From Eledone cirrhosa (Eukaryota): a DNA stretch of 64,000 nt. The DNA lies in NCBI GenBank assembly GCA_964016885.1, contig OZ024761.1, forward strand, positions 12,524,001 through 12,588,000, given 5' to 3'. The position numbers and the translations under genes were made by a program. The notes beneath the pieces were generated by a model. It saw only the letters and a list, made by a program, of their open reading frames with translations, ran no database searches and had not been told where the DNA came from. Of the stretch, positions 14,266-28,278 are shown in pieces (within the stretch, counting starts at the first letter, position 1; each line of letters begins with the position of its first letter).

Positions 14266-14353
14266 AAGCTATCTGTCTCTAATATCAGAAGGGACACTGA
14301 CACTAAATGAATAAAACTGATTTGTTTGAGTTGGTCTAGCTTACCCCCACCCA

Positions 14354-14846
14354 CCCCATAATGACCCAGCTCCACCAAACGACCCCATAATCACCCAGCT
14401 CCACCAAACGACCCCATAATGACCCAGCTCCACCAAACGACCCCATAATCACCCAGCTCCACCAAACGACCCCATAATCACCCAGCTCCACCAAACGACC
14501 CCATAATGACCCAGCTCCACCAAACGACCCCATAATGACCCAGCTCCACCAAACGACCCCATAATCACCCAGCTCCACCAAACGACCCCATAATCACCCA
14601 GCTCCACCAAACGACCCCATAATCACCCAGCTCCACCAAACGACCCCATAATCACCCAGCTCCACCAAACGACCCCATAATCACCCAGCTCCACCAAACG
14701 ACCCCATAATCACCCAGCTCCACCAAACGACCCCATAATCACCCAGCTCCACCAAACGACCCCATAATCACCCAGCTCCACCAAACGTCCCCATAATGAC
14801 CCAGCTCCACCAAACGAGCCCATAATCACCCAGCTCCACCAAACGT
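14354..14846. repeat. 29-bp minisatellite, about 17 copies
   Basis: ccccataat(c/g)acccagctccaccaaacga. Confidence 0.95.
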
Positions 14847-15049
14847 CTCGAACGCCACAGACTGGGAAAAAATAGCTATTTCATAGTTCCGGGTACTTAT
14901 TCTACTGTGGAGCATGCATGGTGTGGGAGGGAGCTAAAGCGTCACTGACTGTGGTTGCCCAGATGAGACCTTCTGCTTCTTAGCCAGGGGCAAAGGGTAA
15001 TATCGTCTGGCCCCTTCCCATTAATTCTGGATAATCCAGCCGGCTCCAG

Positions 15050-15222
<173 letters not shown>

Positions 15223-15505
15223 GGAATACTGTTAGCTTCTCGCTACAACAATTTCTATACTTTTCATTTTTATATATATATATCTCTCTCTCTCTATATA
15301 TATATATATATTGGTAAACGGAATAAAAAATGCTGACAAATTGTTCACAGTTGAAAAATGGTTTAATTAGGAATAAAAGAGTATTAGTAATTGTATGGGT
15401 TAGTATTCAGTTGTGGTTTTAAGTTTTAAGTTTTTACCGGTTGCGCATTTCTAAATGCTTTTCAAAAATAATTTTGAGATAGAGTGTCCGTGCTGTTTGC
15501 TCTGA

Positions 15506-15555
<50 letters not shown>

Positions 15556-15596
15556 CAAAACATAAGTCAATTGCATGAACTCATAATCCTTTATTT

Positions 15597-15652
15597 ACTG
15601 CTATATATATTTCGATGATAGCCATTGAATGGCTATGACCTCATCAGGCAGT
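15597..15652 (-). ncRNA. Type I hammerhead ribozyme (AUA)
   Basis: actgc-CTGATGA-ggtcatagccat(tca)atggctatcatc-GAAA-tatata-TA-gcagt. Confidence 0.85.
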
Positions 15653-15705
15653 TAGTCAGTTCTTAGATATGCCAGCTCTGTGTTTATAGTGTTGATGGTA
15701 TATAT

Positions 15706-15811
15706 ATACAGATGGTGTCCCCAAAGAATGTATACACACTTTGATTACTTGTACAGGCAATATTTATTAGAAGGTTTTTTTTTTTTCTTCTCTTTTTGCG
15801 GACACCCTGTA
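15706..15811. mobile_element. Tc1/mariner-type MITE (second copy 34019-34123)
   Basis: TA-flanked, TIR like cagggtgtcc..aaaaatgtatacacactt; shared core tgattacttg.acaggcaatatttattaga. Confidence 0.6.
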
Positions 15812-15815
15812 TGTA

Positions 15816-15867
<52 letters not shown>

Positions 15868-15958
15868 TACTACACTCTACATCTCGATACAGACCTGAAC
15901 CTAAACATCGAGTGCTTACCCGGGTGAACCTACACTAACTTCCCGTTACACTCCCAGG

Positions 15959-16019
<61 letters not shown>

Positions 16020-16601
16020 TGTGTGTGTGTGTGTGTGTGTAATGGTAGCTAAGATGCTTCCATAGGTGGTACGCCGGTTGAGCACTCTATGCTCCTACGG
16101 AACAGAGTATTATAGAATGGAAAACGAACAATCAGTGATGCATCGGAACTCAATTTATTGTGTGTTACAATTGTTTCCCCAGTGAGAAAGACTGTGGCCG
16201 TGCTAGAACATTATTTTCAAGGGATTTATTCGATTATATCGGCCCCGGTACTTATTTTATCATTTTCTCTTTTAGTCAAACAGTTAATTTACAGAAGATA
16301 AACAAACGTTAAACGTAAAAGACAGACACACAGGGATATACAGAGTTGTCTCCCCTAGACACCTAGTCTTTCTGTTATTAATTGACTTGACATAATGGAA
16401 GAGGTTTGTTTGGTAAGTCGCGAGGAAAGATAAATTCTAATATATATATATATGTGTGTGTGTGTATATATGTATGTATATGTATGTGTCATCATCATCA
16501 TCGTTTAACGTCCATATTCCATGCTTGCATGGGTTTGTATATATGTATATATAAATATATGTATATTAAACAAATGGAAACTATATTTATAAAACCATAT
16601 T

Positions 16602-16667
16602 TATTTCATTATACATATTTCGGGGATACCATATTAAAAATATGGCATGCCTTCGTCAGATAAAATA
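16602..16667 (-). ncRNA. Type I hammerhead ribozyme (12.4-kb family)
   Basis: Near-identical to 12372-12437. Confidence 0.75.
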
Positions 16668-17090
16668 CAATATATAAACAGTTTTATAAATAATTTTGAC
16701 GTACCATAAATATGAGCGACCATTATGTAGGAAGTTGGTTTGGTAGTGTATATATATATATGTATGTATGTATGCATACATGTATGTAATTATGTGTGTG
16801 TGTATATGTTGTTGTATGTATACACTTATCTGTGTATATGTTTGTACTGTATATAATTATGTGTGTATTTTTCTATGTATGTGTACGTATGTATGTGTGT
16901 ATATGTATGTGTATGTGTATGCATGTATATATATGTATATATATAATTAAAGATTCAACAAGGTTCAATGAATAAATCAATGAATAAAGTTTCACAATAG
17001 ATTAGAAGCACTCCACAGTAGTGGTTTTCTGGAGTTATTAATATTAATTCAAAATATTAACAAATATAGACATTCATGTGATCAAGTATA

Positions 17091-17153
17091 TTTTATTATA
17101 CATATTTCAGAGGTACTGAGCTATTTTCAACAGTACGTCCTCATCAGATAAAT
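17091..17153 (-). ncRNA. Type I hammerhead ribozyme
   Basis: tttat-CTGATGA-ggacgtactg...cagtacctct-GAAA-tatgta-TA-ataaa. Confidence 0.7.
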
Positions 17154-17156
17154 AAT

Positions 17157-17194
<38 letters not shown>

Positions 17195-17307
17195 CGGGGT
17201 AACAAATAATAGTTAAATGCAGTCCACTTAGTGTTCAGAGAAACAATTGTCAGCTATGAGATTAAAAACCTTTTTTGTATAGCAAACCATGTCAACCTTC
17301 TTTCCTG

Positions 17308-17359
<52 letters not shown>

Positions 17360-17480
17360 TTATATATGATAATGATAATGAAATTATTGTGTAAAGTGCT
17401 CAGGTGCACTACAACTTGTCAATATAGTACATAGAATAATACACATGTCATGTGTGCATATGTATGTGTGTGTATGTGTG

Positions 17481-17513
<33 letters not shown>

Positions 17514-17767
17514 TTGTGTATTTATGTGTATGTATATATATATATACATACATATATATATGTATGTGTGTGTGTGTATGTGTGTGCGTGTATTTATGTG
17601 TATGTGTGTATATATATATATATGTATATGTGTGTGTGTGTGCGTGTGCGTTTATATACTTATATATTTATTATTCTTTTTCTCCTTTTCTTCTTCCTCC
17701 AGCCTCACTTTCATATTTATTATATTTTTGTTTTTCAAATCCACATTCAATAAAAACACCAGGATTT

Positions 17768-17827
17768 TTTCATTCTGATGACTGAAAACAAATTTGTTTG
17801 CTATCAAGAAACCACTGGTAAATGAAA
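17768..17827 (+). ncRNA. Type I hammerhead ribozyme (GUA)
   Basis: tttcatt-CTGATGA-ctgaaaacaaa..tttgctatcaa-GAAA-cc(act)gg-TA-aatgaaa. Confidence 0.8.
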
Positions 17828-17899
17828 TAATTATCTTATGTTGTTTATTACAGAACTATATATATATATATATATATGTGTATATATATATATATATAC

Positions 17900-18900
17900 T
17901 CACACAGTTTATATATAAACACTACTTTATACAGACACCACAGTTTATATATACGCGGTAGTTTATATACACAGTACTTTATACATACACACTTTATATA
18001 CACACAGTACTTTATACATACACAGTTTATATATACACAGTTTAAATACACACAGTACTTTATACATACACAGTTTATATATACACAGTTTAAATACACA
18101 CAGTACTTTATACATACAGTTTATATATGCACAGTTTAAATACACATGGTACTTTATACATACACAGTTTATATATACACAGTTTAAATACACACGGTAC
18201 TTTATACACACAGTTTATATATGCACAGTTTAAATACACACGGTACTTTATACACACAGTTTATATATGCACAGTTTAAATACACACGGTACTTTATACA
18301 CACAGTTTATATATGCACAGTTTAAATACACACGGTACTTTATACACACAGTTTATATATGCACAGTTTAAATACACACGGTACTTTATACACACAGTTT
18401 CTATATGCACAGTTTAAATACACACGGTACTTTATACACACAGTTTATATATGCACAGTTTAAATACACACGGTACTTTATACACACAGTTTATATATAT
18501 ACATGGTAGTTTATACACACAGTACTTTATATATACACAGTTTAAATACACACGGTACTTTATACACACAGTTTATATATATACATGGTAGTTTATACAC
18601 ACAGTACTTTATACACATAGTTTATTATATACACAGTTTAAATACATATGGTACTTTATACACACAGTTTATATATACACGATAGTTTATATACACAGTT
18701 TATTATATACAGTTTAAATACATATGGTACTTTATACACACAGTTTATATATACACAGTAGTTTATATACACAGTACTTTATACACACAGTACTTTATAC
18801 ACACAGTTTATTATATACACATTTTAAATACATATGGTACTTTATACACAGAGTTTATATACACGGTAGTTTATATACACACGGTACTTTATACAAACAC
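17900..18900. repeat. Compound minisatellite, unit about 46 bp
   Basis: cacagtttatatatgcacagtttaaatacacacggtactttata. Confidence 0.9.
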
Positions 18901-19049
18901 AGTCTGTCATATTTACCATTGTGCTGGACCCCGTTGGTCAGGGAGGCCCATCTTCCTGCCAAAAATATTTGTTACCTCCATCGGGGCCCAACCAATGGTC
19001 CTCATAACTTAAGTAGCACAGGGCGTCATTTGTCCTAAATACGGCACTG
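18900..19049. mobile_element. hAT-like MITE (second copy 20289-20450)
   Basis: Ends like cagtgcc.gattta...taaat.cggcactg; internal similarity between the two copies. Confidence 0.5.
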
Positions 19050-19390
19050 TACACAGCAGTTTAACCTTTTAGCATTTACATTACTCTATATACACCATTG
19101 TATTTTCGTGGTAAAGGATTTATCTAACATAATATCAAACCTACGGGATTTTTATGTTATTTACTTTGATAATACCTAAACACCAGTATGAGTGGCCGGT
19201 TAAAGCTGGTTTAACTCTTTAACATTTACATTACTCCATATACACTGTTATATTTTTACGGTAAAAGCTTTTTATCTCACATAATATCGAAGCTACGAGA
19301 TTTTGATAATGTTACTTACTTTGATAACAATACCTAAACATCAGTATGAGTGACCGGTTGCAACCGGTTTGTCACAGAACCAGTGTTTAA

Positions 19391-19598
19391 CCCTTTAGCA
19401 TTTACATTACTCTATATATACTATTGTCTTTTTACAGTAAAAGCTTTATCTCACATAATATCGAAGCTACAAGATTTTAATGTTATTTATTTTGAGAACA
19501 ATACCTTAACATTGGTATGGGCGGCTGGTTACAGCCGGTTTAAACATAAAGAGGTGAGAGAATTCTGACCGGTTATGGCCAGTTTAAATGCTAAAGGG
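19391..19598. mobile_element. piggyBac-like MITE, complete copy (partial tandem copies 19061-19385)
   Basis: TTAA-CCCTTTAGCATTTA...TAAATGCTAAAGGG-TTAA. Confidence 0.85.
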
Positions 19599-20904
19599 TT
19601 AAGAAGAGAAAAGAGAAAGGAAGATAAAAAAAAGACTATATAAAAGTGGTTCATTTAATCTTGTATGAATTTGTATTCACTCCAAACCAGTTAGTTCAGG
19701 TATTGGTGTCTGTGGTAGGAAACATTACATTACTATTAATGTTAAATGAATAATGTATTAGACTTTACAAATTACGAAACAAATAGTGGAACAGCTTCTC
19801 GCAGTGTCAATGAAATTAGAATTAGATGGACATGTTGTCAGGTGAGCATTGCCTATCCCTTTAGTATTCAAACCGGCCGTATCTGGCCATAATTCTCTCA
19901 CCTCTTTCTGGCTTTGTTTAAGATGGGTTAGATGCAATGTTTCTGAAAATGAGGAGAGTTTGTGTTGAAAGAGACTGGCATGTCTGTATTGAATGGTACA
20001 TGGGGGTCAATGTAAACTTAGTGCAAGGTGTCGAGATCACATGTAGCTGATATTTTGTTGTTGGAGAAGGTTATTGAAGAGTAAAGGGTAGTGTCATATG
20101 CAGTCCAGTGGGAATTATGGGCTGTGAACATTAAAAAAACTGACTACAAAAAATTATGCAATAAGAAAATAAAGACTATATTAGTCACAATGTCTAATCA
20201 TTTTCATTTTTCTGGCAAGAATGGAGACAACTGCAAGCAAGTTTCTGCCTTATGCTGACCTTCTCAACAAAGCATAGCCTCCATTATCAGTGCCAGATTT
20301 ACCATTGTGCTTAGGTGTGCTTAAGCACAGGGCCCCGTTGACCAGGGATGGGGATCATCTTCCTGCCAAAAAAATGTTTTACTTCCTTAAGGGCCCAAGT
20401 AAGGGGCCTCTTAACTAGCACAGGGCCTCATTTGTCCTAAATCCATCATAGCCTCCATTTTGCCAAAGGAGAGATGAAAGAATTATTAGGTAAATATAGA
20501 AGAGTGTAAACATATCGGCTTATGAAAGTACAATTGCCTAGAGATTAAATAATCCAGCAATTGCTGTCTGCATGAAAAAAGTATAGTTAATTAGGTATAA
20601 ATGAAGTTAATGATTGGAGCATTAAGAAGACTAATTAGAAATAAATTTGTGGTTGTAATAACAGAATATTAGTCACGGGTTAATATTGTATTTCATTCTG
20701 ATACAATTTATGGTTTGTCTGTTTTTAAATCTACATCAATGTAAGAATCAGGGTGAAGAACTTAGGAAGATTTTATCTGCAAAAGTCTTTGAGGGGGGGG
20801 GGGGGGGGGGGGGGGGGATTATTTATGGGGAGTTTTTTGTGTTTGTTTTTTTTGTGTTTTTTTTTTGCTAGTGACATCCAATAAGAGAGGTAATTATGCC
20901 TTCG

Positions 20905-22320
20905 CTGGTGCCATTACCACCACCACAACCACCACCACAGCCATCACCACCATTACCACCACCACCACAGCCATCACCATCACCATCAACACCACCACCA
21001 CAGCCACCACCATTACCACCACCACCACAGCCATCACCATCACAGCCAACACCAACACCACAGCCAACACCATCACCACCACAACCACCACTATCAGCAC
21101 CAACACCATCACTACTATTACCACCAACACCACTATCACCACCACAGCCATCACCATCACCATCACCACCACTACTACCACGAATACTGCCGCCACCACC
21201 ATCACTACTACCACCACCACCACCACCACCATCACTACTACACCAATACCGCCGCCACCACCATCACTACTACCACCAATACCGCCACCATCACTACCAC
21301 CACCACCACCACCACCACCACAACCAATACCGCCACCATCACTACCACCACCACCACCACCACCACCACCACCAATACCATCACTACCACCACTACCACC
21401 ACCACCACCACCAATACCACCACCACTACTACCACCACTACCACCACCACCACCACCACTACTACCACCACCACCAATACCGCCACCACCACCATCACTA
21501 CCACCACTACCACCACCACTACCACCACCACCACCAATACCACCACATATTTTATGTTGGGTTTCTGTTTACAAACTAGAGACTGTGATGAAACCTTATC
21601 TATAACAGCTGGAATTCTCTGCTACTGCTGGTGGTGGTGGTGGCGGTGGTGGTGGTGGTGTTGGTGGTGATGGTGGTGGTGGTGGTGGTGTTGGTGGTGT
21701 TGGTGGTGGTGTTGGTGGTGGTGGTGGTGTTGATGGTGGTGGTGGTGGTGGTGGTGTTGGTGGTGGTGTTGGTGGTGATGGTGTTGGTGGTGATGGTGGT
21801 GGTGGTGGTGGTGGTGGTGGTGGTGGCGGTGGTGGTGGTGGTGGCGGTGGTGGCGGTGTTGTTGGTGGTGGTGGTGGTGGTGGTGGTGGTGGTGGTGGTG
21901 GTGTTGGAGGTGGTGTTGGTGGTGGTGGTGGTGGTGGTGTTGGTGGTGTTGGTGGTGGTGGTGGTGGTGGTGGTGGTGGTGGTGGTGTTGGTGGTGTTGG
22001 AGGTGGTGTTGGTGGTGGTGGTGGTGGTGGTGTTGGTGGTGGTGGTAGTAGTGCTGGTGGTGGCGGTGGTGGTGGTGGTGGTGGTGGTTTTGGTGGTGTT
22101 GGTGGTGATGGTGGTGGTGTTGGAGGTGGTGTTGGAGGTGGTGGTGGTGTTGGCTATGGTAGTGATGGTGGTGGTGCTTTTGTTGTTGGTGATAGTGGTG
22201 TTATTGGTGATGATGGTGGTGGTGTTGCTAGCTGTGGTGGTGGTGGTGGTGTTGATAGCTGTGGTGGTGGTGTTGTTGGTGATGGTGTTGTTGATGATGT
22301 TGTTGTTGATGATGATGGTG
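20905..22320. repeat. (CCA)n tract followed by an inverted (TGG)n tract
   Basis: 20905-21545 ACC-rich; 21625-22320 GGT-rich; about 80-bp spacer. Confidence 0.9.
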
Positions 22321-22517
22321 TGGCAGAGAGGGGTGTCGACCCCTTTGACAACATACCCCATAGCATCCCTTTCCGTTTTGTTTTCAAACCAGCAGGGCTC
22401 ACAGAAGCCAAGAAGCAGGGTTGGGTCTATAGGTAATCTATACCCCACTTAAACCCCAACCTTTTCAAATGTAGGAAACATTAAAATGAAATCAACATAA
22501 CTATTCAAGTGCTGCTA

Positions 22518-22576
<59 letters not shown>

Positions 22577-23002
22577 GGAGGCTTAGTAAAATCGAATCTT
22601 TGGCGGTGTGCAAGCAAATTCGACCTACGATATGAATGAGTGAGCAAAGCACTCGACAAGGGTAGGTCCTTAGAGTAATAACATACGTTTAAATAGCTTG
22701 ACAAATCGAACATTGTGGTAGGCAAAATCTAGCACACAATACCAAAGTAACGAAAGAGCTAACAGGTTTATATATATATATTCCTAACGATCGACTTTCG
22801 TCAAATCGGACCGAGGAAACAGTGTTTCCATTGGTCTTTCCAATTGCTAATGCTATCTATTGGTCGCAACTCCAGGTAGAAGGAGTAACGTGAAATAAAG
22901 TGTCTTGCTCAAGGACATAACGCATCGCCCGGTCCAGGAATCGAACTCACAACCTCACGATTGCGAATCCAATTCTCTTAACCACTCAGCCACACGCCTT
23001 CA

Positions 23003-23039
<37 letters not shown>

Positions 23040-23842
23040 AAAGCAAAAAAAAACCTATTTAATATTCACCATCGAGACCTCAGGTGTGCCTGGACCCCGT
23101 ACTACCAGGGTCCTCTGCAAAGTCAGAACATCGGCAGCCTGTCTGAGGAAGGAGCCCCACGAGGCGGGGTGGCTGGTGCAGTGGCTGTCTCTGGACATTG
23201 TCCTGGGAATACTTTTGCAGTCTTGTCCTCAGGAGCGTATGTAAAGTCCCATAACTCCTTGTGGAGTCATAGAGGCACCTTCATATGGCGTGTCTAGGGT
23301 ACTTTTAAACCTGGCAGAGCCCAACCCTCTCCAGGTCTGAACACAGCCAATTTTTTCTATAGAGGAAGCATCAACCCCAGTACTAAAAAAAAAAAAGAAA
23401 AGATCCCCTTCCGTCACGAATGACCATGGGATTTACACCTAGATGGACTCCCTCTGAGGCATAAGTCCGGGCAAAGGTTGTTTTATAGATAACCGGCAGT
23501 CAACCATACATACCAGTCTCCCCTCTCCGTGCCACTGATGTTGCCCAAGGGAAAGGTAATGGCTGATACAGCTTGGCACCAGTGACGTCACAACTCATTT
23601 CTACAATTGAGTGAACTGGAGCAACGTGAAATAAAGTTTCTTGCTCAAGGAGACAACGCATCACCTGGTCCAGTGATGGTACTGGACTGGTACATTTATC
23701 AACCTCGAAAGGATGAAAGGCAAAGTTGACCTCAATGGGATTTGAACTCAGAGCATGCCATGAGGTGGGGCGAATACCATAACGCATTCTATCTGATGCC
23801 TTAACGACTCTGCTAATTAACCCCAGGATGAATTCCATCTAC

Positions 23843-23950
23843 CAAATACTTCCATCAGGCAGACCAAGCTGAATCTTGTGCAGCAATTCTGCTTTTGTGG
23901 GGTGTGTCATTTCCACCGATATTACATATGACAGCATAAGCCAGGGGTGC
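23843..23950 (-). other. Candidate exon (108 nt) of a minus-strand spliced transcript
   Basis: Acceptor tctttcccag, donor TTG|gtagat; one open frame HPWLMLSYVISVEMTHPTKAELLHKIQLGLPDGSI. Confidence 0.35.
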
Positions 23951-24107
23951 CTGGGAAAGACTTGGCATGAGGGTGTGGAGAAATAGCAACAAACAGACAT
24001 ACATACATATACACACACACACACTGTAGATTTCATACACACACTATAGATTTCACACACACACACACACACAATATAGATTTCATACACACACAGAGTA
24101 TATATTT

Positions 24108-24138
<31 letters not shown>

Positions 24139-24271
24139 TATAGATTTCATACACACACAGAGTATATATTTCATTCACACACACACACACACACACACAT
24201 ACTATAGATTTCACACACACACACACACACACACACAATATAGATTTCATACACACACAGAGTATATATTT

Positions 24272-24302
<31 letters not shown>

Positions 24303-24335
24303 TATAGATTTCATACACACACAGAGTATATATTT

Positions 24336-24366
<31 letters not shown>

Positions 24367-24535
24367 TATAGATTGCATACACACACAGAGTATATATTTC
24401 ATTCACACACACACACACACACACACACTATAGATTTCATACACATGTACACACCCACTCACACACCGTTAAGATTTCAAAAAAAACATGAAACTTGAAA
24501 AATTTATTAACAAATATCTTATATGGAACTGGTTG

Positions 24536-24588
<53 letters not shown>

Positions 24589-24777
24589 AACCCATTACAT
24601 ATAGATGCATGCTTGCATATATGCACGTGCATCTAGATATATTGAAGAACTTCAGTTTTTCTTTCCTCTTTTAAAGGAAAGGCCGTACCAAATACTTATG
24701 TAGGATTAGAGATCTGGGGTGATGATGGTGTTATGTGTGTATGTATATATATGTATATATATATATATATACATGAT

Positions 24778-25120
24778 GATCATCATCATCATCGTCATTT
24801 TACGTCCGCTTTTCCCTGCTTGCAAAGGTGGGACGGGAACTGATTCTGGCTTGATTTCTACAGCTGGATGCCCTTCCTAACACCAACCTCATTTACAGTG
24901 AGTGGTGGGTGCTTTTTTGCCGTGGCACCTCCACGTCCACTTTACAGTGGAATGATAGGGACACCAGTCCCTATCATCTCATTTCTACAGCTGAGTAAAC
25001 TGGAGCAATGTGAAATAAAGTGTCTTGCTCAAGGAAACAACACATCACCCGGTCTGAGAATTGAACTCACAACCTTTCGATTGCAAGGCCAATGCTCTAA
25101 CCACTAAGCCATGTGCCTCC
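24778..25120 (-). mobile_element. SINE family A
   Basis: Near-identical to 3287-3622. Confidence 0.85.
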
Positions 25121-25128
25121 AAATATAC

Positions 25129-25159
<31 letters not shown>

Positions 25160-25329
25160 CATATATATATACATATATATATCATCATCATCATCTTTGT
25201 TTAATGTCCATCTTCCACGCTAGCATGGGTTAGACGTATATATATATATATATAGTTGAAACAGTAAACAAAAAAACAACAACGTGGAAGCGAAGAGGAA
25301 GTACAAAATGTTAATATTAGTTTCACGCT

Positions 25330-25380
25330 TGAGAGTGGGGGGGGGGGGGCGTTTCGGGCGTAAGCCCTTCATCAAGAGAA
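25330..25380 (-). ncRNA. Degenerate hammerhead remnant
   Basis: TTGATGA-a-gggc(ttac)gccc-GAAAC, helix III replaced by a C-run. Confidence 0.4.
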
Positions 25381-25414
25381 AAGTGGGCAGGAAAAGAGTT
25401 CCGAGGGTATGAGG

Positions 25415-25471
<57 letters not shown>

Positions 25472-25491
25472 AATTAACTCAAAAATAGAAG

Positions 25492-25546
<55 letters not shown>

Positions 25547-25593
25547 TAACATATTTAATGTTACATTTGTATATAATAAATGATGTATAATGT

Positions 25594-25850
25594 AGCTCCC
25601 TGAACTTTCTCCATCCCAATCTCACTCAGGCTACTGTACTTTCAGAACACCTAAGTCTGCTGCTAATTTTGTCACCCAGGTAACAGAAACTATCCATTAC
25701 TTCTATAGAGCCCTCTGGGTATTTGAAGGGGCCAATATCCTGTGAGTTCTAGCTTCTTACTGTACCTGTGCATCGGCCACATATAAAACCTAAATTCTTT
25801 GCTCGCCTGTCAGAGATGTTACTACATCTCTTGTGTACCCATAGTTTGCA
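25594..25850 (-). mobile_element. RTE-clade LINE RT-region relic
   Basis: WVHKRCS..FICGRC..IEVMDSFCYLGDKIS..VRLGWRKFREL with stops. Confidence 0.75.
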
Positions 25851-26560
25851 TTTGGGACAGAGGATGGAATTTCTACCCACTCCTTTCCTGCACATTATGC
25901 AAATTTACATAACTTACTAACTTAGTAATATAGCTATCATGTTATCTTTCCTAACATTGGTATATCATCATCATCATCACCATTTTACATCCATTTCATA
26001 TACTGACATGGAATACATGTGTGTGTCTATGTACATATAAACACACACAAACATATAAACACATAAACACACATATAAACACACGCAAACATATAAACAC
26101 ATATAAACACATATATACACACATAAACACACATATATACACATATAAACACACATAAACAGACACACAAAGACACGCATAAATACATATAAACACATAA
26201 ACTCACATATAAACACACATATAAACAGACACACAAACACACACATAAATACATATAAACACAAACTCACATATATACACACATAAACACACATATAAAC
26301 AGACACACAAACACACACATAAATACATATAAACATATATAAACACATATAAACACAGGCACACAGCACAAGCACAGATTCCGATTGACACTACACAAAA
26401 CATGTACACACAGACAGACAGACAAGCACACCCATGACGCCCACAATATCTGCACACACGTAACAATAGCAATGATAAACAAGGTCCCTCCATCTCGGCC
26501 TCCATGCCAACATGCTGGACTCCTTGCTCCACCCCATCTTCATAAATATATATATACAAC

Positions 26561-26602
26561 CTTCTCCACTTTCACCAAGGCTGAACCTAATAAAATTGCC
26601 TC
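26561..26602 (-). other. Candidate 42-nt exon
   Basis: aatcacag|GAG...AAG|gttgta; open EAILLGSALVKVEK. Confidence 0.25.
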
Positions 26603-26625
26603 CTGTGATTTCTTTGTTTATGTAT

Positions 26626-26657
<32 letters not shown>

Positions 26658-26661
<4 letters not shown>

Positions 26662-27083
26662 AAAGTTTTATTTTAAAATGTTGGGTTACAACAAGTAAAT
26701 ATTTTATAACTGATATAAAGCACTCAACAAGTTTTGGAGTAGATATACGATATTAAACAAATGGAAACTATATTTATAAAACCATATTTATTTCATTATA
26801 CATATTTCAGGCTACCAAGCCAGCCTCCTACATTAATGGCCGCTATATTTATGGTATGTCAAAATTATTTATAAAACTGGTTATATATTGTATTTTATCT
26901 GACGAAGGCATGCCATATTTTTAATATGGTATCCCTGAAATATGTATAATGAAATAAATATGGTTTTATAAATATAGTTTCCATTTGTTTAATATCGTAT
27001 ATCTACTCCAAAACTTGTTGAGTGCTTTATATCAGTTATAAAATATTTACTTGTTGTAACCCAACATTTTTAAATAAAACTTT

Positions 27084-27087
<4 letters not shown>
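26658..27087. mobile_element. Palindromic Penelope-like insertion with both 3' ends facing out into (TA)n
   Basis: 26658-26811 is the reverse complement of about 26934-27087. Confidence 0.8.
26891..26956 (+). ncRNA. Type I hammerhead ribozyme
   Basis: Same motif as 12581-12646. Confidence 0.8.
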
Positions 27088-27137
<50 letters not shown>

Positions 27138-27376
27138 GTTTAATATAGAATTAGCTTCTAAAGGACTAGAACTGTTTCTTTGGAAGGAATTTCTTCAAAT
27201 GAAACAGTTCTAGTCCTGTAGAAGCCATTTCTATATTAAACATTGTATATACTCTATGTACTGAGTACCTCACTTACTGTGGTTACCCTCGATTGAACCT
27301 CACACACACACACACACATATATATATATAAGAAGTACAAGTCAACAGGCTAATATTAACTGTTTATTCATAGTCG

Positions 27377-27442
27377 CTGTTATATATATTTCGGTGATAA
27401 CCATTATACAACAGCTATAACAGCTATGATCTCATCAGACAG
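27377..27442 (-). ncRNA. Type I hammerhead ribozyme (AUA)
   Basis: ctgt-CTGATGA-gatcatagc...gttatcacc-GAAA-tatata-TA-acag. Confidence 0.75.
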
Positions 27443-27574
27443 TTAGAATTTGAACAGAAAAAACAGAAAAACATAATGATGGAATAAAGCTTACTTCTGT
27501 TATTTCGATTTTTTTAATATGCTCCGTGCTAAAGTTTAGTGTTGTTTTCTCAAGGCACCGGTAGCATATATATA

Positions 27575-27865
27575 TAATGAAGTATTTCCGTAGGAAAGGT
27601 AAAGGAAAAAAGAGTGCTCTATGTAGGCTAATAAGCTTTTTAGTTATGTAATAAACAACATAAGATAGTTAATTCATTTACCAGTGGTTTCATGAAGAGT
27701 TTGACACTTATGTCCGTCTTCATTCATCAGAAAAAATTTTTATTAATAAAATTTTAATAAAATTTTTATTAATAAAAATTTTTTATGATGAATGAAGACG
27801 GACATAAGTGCCAAGCTCTTCATGAAACCACTGGTAAATGAATTAACTATCTTATGTTGTTTATA
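27575..27865. mobile_element. Inverted HHR-bearing element (17768/63768 family)
   Basis: Minus HHR 27673-27736 (CTGATGA-atgaaga...tcttcat-GAAA-ccactgg-TA-aatgaa); plus copy 27785-27842 with C3 changed to A. Confidence 0.75.
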
Positions 27866-27887
27866 TATATATATATATATGTATGTA

Positions 27888-28278
27888 CGAGGGTAATCCC
27901 AAAAGTAAGGTCTCCAAAGCGATGGGGACGCAGAGAAACTGTTCGTACGGCTGTTGGCAACACTGTTGTGATTGGTGCTTCCTTCACTCCCAAACAAGCA
28001 TGTGCGCGCTTCGCTGCGATGCTCAATCTTGGCTTGGCAGCCGTTGAAAATGGAGCTCCCGTTGAACGCTACCGCCAAGTGCAAATTTCGTGCAGTTATT
28101 ATATAGAGGGCAATCCCAAAAGTAAGGTCTCCTTCCGAGGAAAACATGCATAAAGATCGGCGGATCACTCTGGATGCTCTCTGCATTTTGGTTCCTGAGG
28201 TTTCCCGAAGCACCATCCACAGGATTTTATTGGAAGTTGCAATATCGGAAGGAGACCTTACTTTTGGCATTGCCCTCA
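27888..28278 (+). mobile_element. Internally deleted mariner element
   Basis: 28-bp TIRs cgagggtaatcccaaaagtaaggtctcc, TA TSD; transposase remnants MELPLNATAKCKFRAVI and KDRRITLDALC..VSRSTIHRIL. Confidence 0.8.

Noticed and set aside
20865-22452. Pro/Thr/His-rich mucin- or extensin-like ORFs
   Set aside because: Trinucleotide repeat open in most frames; no splice or signal-peptide context.
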